This document shows, piece by piece, positions 1-7,206 of a stretch of 29,461 bases of DNA; within the stretch, counting starts at the first letter, position 1; each line of letters begins with the position of its first letter. The stretch is from positions 1-29,461 of the forward strand of contig JBAXKC010000030.1 in assembly GCA_037137535.1 (NCBI GenBank). Reading direction: 5' to 3'. Source of the stretch: a bacterium. GTDB lineage: Bacteria > Cyanobacteriota > Vampirovibrionia > Gastranaerophilales > JBAXKC01. A program made the position numbers and the translations under genes. The notes below the pieces were generated by a model. It saw only the letters and a list, made by a program, of their open reading frames with translations, had not been told where the DNA came from and made no database searches.

Positions 1-88
1 AAATTTCTCTAATCTCTCAAAATTAAGGTTTACACAAAAGTTGTTACGGAATCGAACGGCTCGTTTTTTGCTCAAAATTATGATTTTC

Positions 89-667
89 TTAATCTATATG
101 TACACCATAGTTTTTGGCTAATTCGCCTAATCCACCTTGATAACCTTGGCCTACAGCTCTAAATTTCCATTCCCCATTATAGCGATATACATCGCCAAAT
201 ATCATTGCAGTATCAATACTTGCGTCTTCAGAAAGGTCAAAACGAGCAATTTCTTTGTTGTCATCTTGATTAACAATACGAACATAAGCAGAAACAACCA
301 TTCCAAATGTTTGACTACGTTCTTCAGCTTCAAAGATAGTAACTGTAAAAGAGAGCTTTTCAATATCAGCTGGTACTTTTTCTAAATTGACTTTTATTAC
401 TTCATCGTCTCCATCTCCAGCTCCTGTTCTGTTGTCACCCATATGTTCAATTGAAGCACATGTAGATTTTAAATTATTATAAAAAATAAAATCACTATCA
501 GAACGGACTTTACCATTATTTGTTAATAAGAAAGCACTTGCATCAAGATCAAAATCCTCTCCAGAAGTAGCCCTTGCATCCCATCCGAGAGATACATAAA
601 TATGTTTTAACCCTGGAACTGCTTTTGATAAAGAAACGTTTTCACCTTTTTTTAATGATACACTCAT
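89..667 (-). CDS. terD: TerD/TerE-family stress protein
   Basis: MSVSLKKGENVSL start, LGWD, FDLDASAFLL, FIFYNN, acidic GDNRTGAGDGDDE loop, WKFRAVGQG; SD GAGGA upstream. TerD versus TerE paralog not resolved. Confidence 0.92.
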   Translation of the reverse strand: MSVSLKKGENVSLSKAVPGLKHIYVSLGWDARATSGEDFDLDASAFLLTNNGKVRSDSDFIFYNNLKSTCASIEHMGDNRTGAGDGDDEVIKVNLEKVPADIEKLSFTVTIFEAEERSQTFGMVVSAYVRIVNQDDNKEIARFDLSEDASIDTAMIFGDVYRYNGEWKFRAVGQGYQGGLGELAKNYGVHID

Positions 668-696
668 TTTATTTTCCTCATAAATTAAAATAGTTC

Positions 697-1284
697 TTAC
701 AAATAAGGGCTCATAGCCGGCATTATATCTTGGAATGTTCTACCATCGGCTGACTCTCCAATCGCATGAATTTTCCATTCATTATCGTGGCGATAAATTT
801 TTGCCATAATCATTGCGGTATGATTTCCATTACAGTTTAAATTATATTTTGCTATTTCTTTGTTATTCACAGCGTTTATAATTCTACAATAAGCATTTTC
901 AACCTTATTAAAGGATTGTCCTGTAAAATTATTTACTACAAACATTAAAGTATTCACTGTTGCAGGAATAGCACTTAGATTTACAATAATTTGCTCATCA
1001 TCTCCATCACCATCTCCTGTTCTATTATCACCTGTATGGATAATGCTACCATCATGGCTCTTTAATTGTTTGAACCAAACAGCATCAGTCATATGATTTG
1101 CTTCATCAAAAAGAATGCAGGATGCATCTAAATCAATACTTCCTCCAGTATCTCCAAATAAAAAACCTAATACGCCTCCTGTTTTCTTTGCATCCCATCC
1201 AATACCCATTACAACTTTTGTCAAAGAGTCTCCAGATTCTTTTTTTAATGAAATTCTTTGTCCTTTTTGTAAACTTACTGACAT
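697..1284 (-). CDS. terZ: TerD-family protein, TerZ-like
   Basis: SLQKGQRISL, GIGWD followed by a GGVLGFLFG insertion, IDLDASC, GDNRTGDGDGDDE, WKIHAIG; SD GAGGA. Confidence 0.85.
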   Translation of the reverse strand: MSVSLQKGQRISLKKESGDSLTKVVMGIGWDAKKTGGVLGFLFGDTGGSIDLDASCILFDEANHMTDAVWFKQLKSHDGSIIHTGDNRTGDGDGDDEQIIVNLSAIPATVNTLMFVVNNFTGQSFNKVENAYCRIINAVNNKEIAKYNLNCNGNHTAMIMAKIYRHDNEWKIHAIGESADGRTFQDIMPAMSPYL

Positions 1285-1296
1285 ATTAAAATCCTC

Positions 1297-2367
1297 TTAT
1301 ACTAATTCTTCTAACAATTCATCTGCCATATCAGGGTTTAATTTTCTATACGATACAGATGATGCAAATGAAGCTCCAATAAAGCCAACGCCAATAAGTC
1401 CTGTTATAACTTCTGAAACTTCGCCAATCGTCGTATACATCATAATTAATGCTAAAGCGCCAATAGCCCAATGAGCACCATGTTCAAGATATATATATTT
1501 TTGTAGTGTTTTCTTTTCAACTAACATTATGGTTAATGACCTTACAAACATAGCTCCCATTCCAAGACCTATGGAAATAATAATAATGCTACTGCTTATA
1601 GCAAATGCTCCCATTACTCCATCAAAGGAGAAAGATGCATCAATTAACTCTAAATACAGGAAACTAATAAATCCCGCATATTTAACGCCATTAACTAGCT
1701 GTTTGGCTGCGCCATTTCCTTCTTCATTACTTTCAATTAAACCACTAACTCCATCAACTAATAAGAATAAAATTAAGCCACTAATTCCAGCTAAAACGAC
1801 TGGTAATTTTTCAGCTGAATTTACGAAGTTTTGAGTTATATACAATGCTGATAGAGCAAGTATAATTTGAACTCCTTCAAGCTTACCTAGTTTAGCAAGC
1901 TTCTCTTCAAGTATTTTAATCCAGTGGATATCTTTTGCTTCATCAAGTATAAATGATAAAAAAATCATAAGCAGGAACATTCCACCAAATGCAGCAATGG
2001 TAGCATGTGTACTTTGTAAATAATGAGCATATTGCATAGGGTGTTTAAGAGCAAGAAGTGTAACTTTTATCACTCCAATACCTGTAAAAGCAGAAACAAT
2101 AATGATAGGGAACAGTAATCTCATTCCAAACACAGCAATCAACATACCCCACGTTAAAAAGCGTTGTTGCCATACTTCAGGCATGGTTTGTAGCTTTACA
2201 GCATTGACAACCGCATTATCAAAAGACAAGCTAACCTCTAAAATACCAAGAATACCTGCTATAAATGCTGTTTCTAACCCTGAACCAGGATGAATTCTTT
2301 CACCCCAAATGTAGGCAAGGATTAATCCGATAAGTGAAACAATAATTGATAATTTGAAATATTTCAT
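1297..2367 (-). CDS. DUF475 / TerC-like integral membrane protein
   Basis: LEVSLSFDNAVVNA, FLTWGMLIAVFGMRLLFP, FLYLELIDASFSFDGVMGAFA and YLEHGAHWAIG motifs; many TM segments. Start moved from 2397 to ATG 2367, which follows AGGAAAGAG. Confidence 0.88.
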   Translation of the reverse strand: MKYFKLSIIVSLIGLILAYIWGERIHPGSGLETAFIAGILGILEVSLSFDNAVVNAVKLQTMPEVWQQRFLTWGMLIAVFGMRLLFPIIIVSAFTGIGVIKVTLLALKHPMQYAHYLQSTHATIAAFGGMFLLMIFLSFILDEAKDIHWIKILEEKLAKLGKLEGVQIILALSALYITQNFVNSAEKLPVVLAGISGLILFLLVDGVSGLIESNEEGNGAAKQLVNGVKYAGFISFLYLELIDASFSFDGVMGAFAISSSIIIISIGLGMGAMFVRSLTIMLVEKKTLQKYIYLEHGAHWAIGALALIMMYTTIGEVSEVITGLIGVGFIGASFASSVSYRKLNPDMADELLEELV

Positions 2368-2414
2368 TTTCTCTTTCCTATAAATTATGTACAACAAATA
2401 AATTTGTTTTAATG

Positions 2415-3128
2415 TTAGTCATTTTTTGGTAATAATCTTGCTTTCAACGCAGCTAGAGAGTCTGCTATTTCTGGATTAGCAGCACCTTCAAGAGCATTGT
2501 TTATTTCAGTATCGATATTGCTTTCGAGCAATGTCATATCATCATAAGCTTCTGCTAAGGCTTCTTCTTCGGCTATTTTTGATTTCATATTTTCAAGCAT
2601 TGCAACTGTGCTATCAGAATTCAGCTGTGCAAGTTGTTGGTTAATTTTCTTTGTTGAAGACGCCACTTTCGCACGAGCCTTTAATGTATTGAGCTCATGC
2701 TCCCATTTCTCAATTTGTGATTTTAATTTTTTAACCTTATCTTCAAGTTGCGCAACCATCTTATCATGTTGAGCAAGGCTCTCAGTAAGTCTTGCTGCAT
2801 CCGTTTTTGCTTCATTTTTCTTAACCAGAGCTTCACTTGCAAGTCGATCTGCTTCACTCTGACTTAATTGGTTTGACTGACCTTTTTGTACTAATAAAAG
2901 AGCTTTTCTTTCATAGTCAACAGCGATTTGTTTTCTTGATTCTAACTCTTTTCTCATACTGATTGATATAGCCTTAACCTCTGCTAAGCTTTTCATACTT
3001 GATTCGAGATCATTCTTTAAATCTCTTATTCCTTGTTCTGTAAGTTTTATAGGATCTTCCAGCTGGCTTACTGCAGTATGAGCTTCAGATTGAACTATTT
3101 TAAATAATCTTTTAAAAAAACTAAACAT
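2415..3128 (-). CDS. pspA: PspA/IM30 (bacterial ESCRT-III-like) family protein
   Basis: Amphipathic MFSFFKRLFKIV N-terminus, LEDP motif, long coiled coils, LKARAK, C-terminal LAALKARL; SD AAGGAG. Confidence 0.9.
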   Translation of the reverse strand: MFSFFKRLFKIVQSEAHTAVSQLEDPIKLTEQGIRDLKNDLESSMKSLAEVKAISISMRKELESRKQIAVDYERKALLLVQKGQSNQLSQSEADRLASEALVKKNEAKTDAARLTESLAQHDKMVAQLEDKVKKLKSQIEKWEHELNTLKARAKVASSTKKINQQLAQLNSDSTVAMLENMKSKIAEEEALAEAYDDMTLLESNIDTEINNALEGAANPEIADSLAALKARLLPKND

Positions 3129-3149
3129 GCTATGTGCTCCTTATTTCAA

Positions 3150-3545
3150 TTAATCTCTGGCAAAACTGATAATTTCATTTGAAAACTCTGCCATTGCTAA
3201 AACTAAAGAATCAATCGATGCTTTTAGTTCATTTAAATCAAGGTTCTCCAGTTGCAGAGTATCTCTATAAAGAACTTTGTTACCATTTTCATCAACAACA
3301 AAGGCTCCTTGTACCAAATGACGACTCATTTGAAGGAGCCTTAATAAAACATTAGTATCATAATTTTTTAATTCAAAAATAAATTGCTCAAGAATTACAC
3401 TTTGTCCTTCACAATCTATAACGAGATTGTTTATTCCATGCGATAAGTCTGTAATTACAAGAAGTGCCTGTTCTTCATTCTCATGAGTGAAGCTATAACC
3501 AAGCTCTAATAAGTAGTTTTTAACTTTCTCAAAGTAGTTCGTCAT
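3150..3545 (-). CDS. YbjN / CesT-Tir-like small acidic protein (T3SS-chaperone-like fold)
   Basis: 131 aa, acidic; LLRLLQMSR...GAFVVD...VLYRDTLQLENLDLNEL resembles the YbjN-like proteins found next to pspA; ATGA overlap with the upstream gene. Confidence 0.72.
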   Translation of the reverse strand: MTNYFEKVKNYLLELGYSFTHENEEQALLVITDLSHGINNLVIDCEGQSVILEQFIFELKNYDTNVLLRLLQMSRHLVQGAFVVDENGNKVLYRDTLQLENLDLNELKASIDSLVLAMAEFSNEIISFARD

Positions 3546-3961
3546 TGAAGTTCTCCTTTATTAAATTTATTTTCAAAATATCCAAATGCTTCATTAAGTT
3601 TTAATGTTATTTTTTCAGCACATTCTCTATCTTGACTGCTTTGAGAGTGCAAATCTGGATGATATTTTTTGAGTAGCATTCTATACGAATGCTTAATCTC
3701 ACTAAAACAAGCACCATAAGGAAGTTCAATATTTGCATAATACTGAGCTTCCACTGTATCTTTGAGTTTTATTTCTGAATTTATTGTTTCATTATAAGGA
3801 GTATCAAAAGATGAATACTGGTATTGACTTGACTCTTCAGTCTCCACATATTCATAAACTTTGCTTCTAACTATATTCTTTATTCTTCTAAAAATACACA
3901 CTTGAATTTCACTCATAATAAGATTTTCAAAGATAGGACCTTTTATTGATAAAATTAGCAT
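3542..3961 (-). CDS. Small J-domain (DnaJ class C) protein
   Basis: C-terminal J-domain: YYANIELPYGA-EIKHSYRMLLKKYHPD...LNEAF with intact HPD. True start may be ATG 3916. Confidence 0.85.
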   Translation of the reverse strand: MLILSIKGPIFENLIMSEIQVCIFRRIKNIVRSKVYEYVETEESSQYQYSSFDTPYNETINSEIKLKDTVEAQYYANIELPYGACFSEIKHSYRMLLKKYHPDLHSQSSQDRECAEKITLKLNEAFGYFENKFNKGELQ

Positions 3962-3979
3962 CTGGCTAATATAAAAGTT

Positions 3980-4008
3980 ATTTTAGATTACGTCATGTAT
4001 ATTTACAA
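3980..4008 (-). promoter_or_regulatory. Putative sigma70 promoter of the J-domain/psp/ter operon
   Basis: TTGTAA (4008-4003) - 17 nt - TAAAAT (3985-3980) on the minus strand directly upstream of the first gene. Confidence 0.5.
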
Positions 4009-4319
4009 TAATGCATATAATTTATTTTCAAAAAGCTTGTTTCTAATTTAATCACTTGTTTTGCAAAGAGTTACTGACATGATTATAAAACATTAAAAGA
4101 ATTGACACAGTTTTTATTCCTGAATTTATTAAGCTGGCAAAATGAAAGCTTTTAAAACCAAAAATTCAAAAACCTAATTTTAGTATTCAAATGGAATTAT
4201 ACTAGGTATATAAAGCACACTCTTAATAATCTCTAGAATTTATTTAATTTCATTATTACTAACCATATTATTTATGGGGCAAGATAAAAACATTAATTTC
4301 ATGATAGGATGAAAAGATC

Positions 4320-4346
4320 TTCAAATCCTGTTGTTCCGATTCTTTA
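4320..4346 (+). repeat. tRNA-Pro 3'-end fragment, att-like copy 1
   Basis: TTCAAATCCTGTTGTTCCGATTCTTTA: T-loop TTCAAAT, T-stem CCTGT, acceptor strand ending CCG-A; 25/27 identical to 5167-5193. Confidence 0.7.
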
Positions 4347-4366
4347 TTTGTTCAGGATTATTTATT

Positions 4367-4388
4367 GGTGGGTTAAAACACACCCTAC
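4367..4388 (-). repeat. GTAG-type REP-like palindrome
   Basis: Minus strand reads GTAG-GGTGTGTT-TT-AACCCACC: GTAG foot followed by a hairpin with one mismatch. Confidence 0.5.
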
Positions 4389-4396
4389 GGACTAAT

Positions 4397-4846
4397 TTAA
4401 TTATTATTTTGCTTTATTAAGTCGTAATAATCTTTAAGTTCAAGTGCCCTTTGTTTAACTATTCCACCTTTACTGCTAACACGAACAGGTATATACATAG
4501 TTCCATTCAATTTGCTAAAAATATTATCAATATTCTTAAATTCCATATCTCTATATTTAATCCAAGCAAGTTGAGCTGCTTTTAAAGTTTCTTTTTCTGT
4601 TGGGGAAAGTTATTTCATTAATAAGTTATAATATTTATTTAATTCTTTATCCCACATATCATATACTTTATATTCACATTCGGCCATACCTGCTGTAGTC
4701 AAATTTTTTTCAACACACTTTGCTTCAAATTTATCAATATAGGTATCTCTATAATAGATATCTTTGGCCAATACATTAAGAATAAACAAATTTGAACTTA
4801 TAAAAATTGAAACAAAAATAATGCATAATTTTGTTATTCTTTTCAT
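4397..4846 (-). pseudogene. Lysozyme inhibitor LprI (DUF1311)-like secreted protein with an in-frame stop
   Basis: Signal peptide, C...TTAGMAEC...WDKELNKYYNLLMK, then TAA at 4612-4610, continuing in the same frame as LSPTEKETLKAAQLAWIKYRD...GTMY...KQRALELKDY to TAA 4399-4397 (149 codons). Confidence 0.85.
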
Positions 4847-5166
4847 AAAATACCCCTATTAAAAAAGTAGCTCGTAGGTTAGTGCCCAGCAGAACTATAC
4901 CTTAACCAGCTTAATATGTCCGTATGCTATAAGTCAATTTGTTTATTTCAGAGTACAGGGTGGCTTCTAAAATGATTCTAAAAATTGGCAATAATAATTT
5001 TATTTAATAATTAATTTTTATTATTAACAATATTATTTTTTGTGTAATATTCGTGTAAGTTTATATAAAATTTTTATGTTTTAAAAATGTTGAATAGATG
5101 CTAAAAACGCTTGATTATCAATGCTTATGAAAAAATGTTCAACTCAAATACATCAATAGAAACTAG

Positions 5167-5193
5167 TTCAAATTCTGTCGTTCCGATTCTTTA
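5167..5193 (+). repeat. tRNA-Pro 3'-end fragment, att-like copy 2
   Basis: TTCAAATTCTGTCGTTCCGATTCTTTA; acceptor 3' strand CGTTCCG plus discriminator A; directly followed by a strong hairpin. Confidence 0.7.
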
Positions 5194-5238
5194 AACAAAA
5201 AGCTAAAGCCTGAAAACAGGCTTTAGCTTTTTGTTTTT
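5193..5238. terminator. Intrinsic terminator (perfect 20-bp inverted repeat)
   Basis: AAACAAAAAGCTAAAGCCTG-AAAA-CAGGCTTTAGCTTTTTGTTT with U-runs on both strands. Confidence 0.85.
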
Positions 5239-5314
5239 GTGTCCGCATAGTGTCCGTTTCATAGCCAAACCATTGTGCTAAACTTATTTCACTCGTGCTG
5301 ATTTTCTTGATGCT

Positions 5315-5673
5315 TTAATTTACTAGATATATTACTTCCATCATTTGTTTACATTTTTCATAATTATGTTGACGAAAATAGAGGTATTTTGCTTTTGTAG
5401 TATCTTGAATACATCCAGTCTTATCGCCTACTGTAACTCTAACCATTCCTCTTACAGCATAAGCCTCTGCGCAGCTAGGATTATTGAGATAGCTTTTGTA
5501 TAATCTTGAATAGCTCCTCTGTTATCGCCTAAATTTTACTTAGCAATTGCTCTATCAAGATAAGCTTTTGTATCGCTAAGATTTAGAAAAACAGCTTTGT
5601 TGCAATCTACGATATTTTCACAATAAGCAGGCTTTAATAAGAAAAAAGACAATAATAACAACAGCTTTTTCAT
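5315..5673 (-). pseudogene. Secreted TPR protein pseudogene
   Basis: Manual translation MKKLLLLLSFFLLKPAYC...AYLDRAIAK*NLGDNRGAIQDYTKAIS/(frameshift)NPSCAEAYAVRGMVR..GDKTGCIQD; stop at 5538-5536 and a 1-nt loss near 5482. Confidence 0.8.
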
Positions 5674-5861
5674 AAACTTCACATTTCCATTCACAATTAT
5701 AAAATTAAAGCTACAAACCCCATTGCAACATTTTATAAAAAAATTAAAGTATTAGCAAACTCGAAATACTACTTTTTTAAACAAACTTAAATATTGACCT
5801 CAAATCTAATAATAGGGCCTAAGAGGCTTATTAGCTTTTTGAAATTATTATAAAATTAATT

Positions 5862-6848
5862 TTAGCCCCAAACCTTAACCATCTTCTCATAAACTTCTTC
5901 TATAGATTGAGGATTATATAATTGCTGTACAAGCTCCGCAACCAGCGGATTATATTCTGTTAAAGTATTTTTTCTTGAATAAATCGCAACAGCAGGTCTA
6001 AGCATAAGATTTGCAAGATGGAGAGGTCCTGTATCATTACCTACATAACCTACGGATTTTTCCATTAATTTTGTGGAATCAGCGACTGATAAATCCCCTC
6101 TGAAATCGTGAAAATATGGTTTATCTGTAATTTTATATGTTTTATTAATACCAATAAAGGCACATTCAAAGCCAAATTGAGCATAAGCTCTTTCTGCAAG
6201 TTCAATATAATAATCTTGATTCCAGCGTCTGTCTGCATCTCTTGCTGCATTGCTCGCAGCTTCCATGCAAAAAACAAGATATTTTTTATTAAATAGTTCT
6301 ATTGAAAAATTAGAATATTCTTGAATTTTAATTAATTTATCTTTTGAAAATTCAAAGGTTTCGATAATTTGCTCAATTGTGAAGCCCATATCAAGTAAAG
6401 TGCCAAAATATCTTACTGAACAAGGACATAGTTTTTTGTCGGTTTCTAAAAAATTATATAATTCTACGGGCATATCTTTTTTTAAATAAACATAATTCAA
6501 AAAAGGAGTGTTAACATCATATTTTAAATACTTTTTAAAGGTGTTAAATTCCCCATAAGTTTTTTTTGCTTTAAATCCAAGATTTTTTGTAGAAGTGAAT
6601 AGAAAAAAGGCTTTGTCTGCTTTAAAAAACCAGGATTTTATTTTTTCACTTATTCCTAAATATTTAATTCTGTTTAATCCATAAGCATCAAAAACGTCTT
6701 TTAACTCATTTGACGTATAAATAGTAATATCAAGATCATTTGATCTGTATTTTGCCTGTAATTCTTTTAAACAAATTAAATACGGTATTGCAAGTACCGT
6801 ATCACCAATTTTAGCGGGTAGAATTATATTTATTTTTTCCTGTTTCAT
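5862..6848 (-). CDS. Glycosyltransferase family 9 (heptosyltransferase-like)
   Basis: N-terminal KIGD, RRW, and VGNDTGPLHLA signature. ATG 6848 preferred over TTG 6857. Confidence 0.85.
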   Translation of the reverse strand: MKQEKINIILPAKIGDTVLAIPYLICLKELQAKYRSNDLDITIYTSNELKDVFDAYGLNRIKYLGISEKIKSWFFKADKAFFLFTSTKNLGFKAKKTYGEFNTFKKYLKYDVNTPFLNYVYLKKDMPVELYNFLETDKKLCPCSVRYFGTLLDMGFTIEQIIETFEFSKDKLIKIQEYSNFSIELFNKKYLVFCMEAASNAARDADRRWNQDYYIELAERAYAQFGFECAFIGINKTYKITDKPYFHDFRGDLSVADSTKLMEKSVGYVGNDTGPLHLANLMLRPAVAIYSRKNTLTEYNPLVAELVQQLYNPQSIEEVYEKMVKVWG

Positions 6849-6938
6849 TTTTTCCAAATCACAATGCAGAATAAGTATAATATCTTGATAATTATAACTC
6901 TTCGCCCATTGAAAGCAAGTAAATAAAATTTAACTTAT

Positions 6939-7022
6939 AAAAACAACCCCCTGATTTAATACAGGAGGCGATATTTTAAGAGTTAGAGTGGAGAGAAAGA
7001 TTACCGATAAATCATATCGGAC
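6939..7022 (-). ncRNA. Candidate small RNA (5' hairpin, CU-rich linker, terminator)
   Basis: TATAAC -10 at 7034-7029; CCGATA-TGATT-TATCGG hairpin; TCTTTCTCTCCACTCTAACTCTT linker; GCCTCCTG-TATTAAAT-CAGGGGGT-TGTTTTT terminator. Confidence 0.5.
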
Positions 7023-7206
7023 TTTCATGTTATACCCGATAGACATAGTTTTTAATCAGCAATTTTTCTTTTAAGAAATGAAGTTATACTATTCAAAAAA
7101 AACAGACGGAATTTTTGCAAAGAAATATTATTGACTCTTTCTATGGAGTTCTTTTTTTAGTAAAATTAATTAAATTAGACTATAAACATCTATAAAGGCA
7201 ATTGAA

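Noticed and set aside
137-2293. Plus-strand ORFs antisense to the ter genes (137, 1098, 1115, 1529, 2102)
   Set aside because: Shadow frames of well-supported minus-strand genes with no family motifs.
3916-4320. yybP-ykoY (Mn) riboswitch ahead of the TerC-like operon
   Set aside because: Only a short ATTAGC/GCTAAT hairpin is visible; no recognisable four-way junction or conserved loops.
4250-5193. Complete tRNA genes at the TTCAAAT sites
   Set aside because: The sequence upstream of each copy cannot supply the 5' acceptor strand, D arm or anticodon arm; only 3' fragments are present.
1-5860. Intact integrase, transposase or prophage
   Set aside because: No recombinase or phage ORF in the window; only cis-acting scars are supportable.
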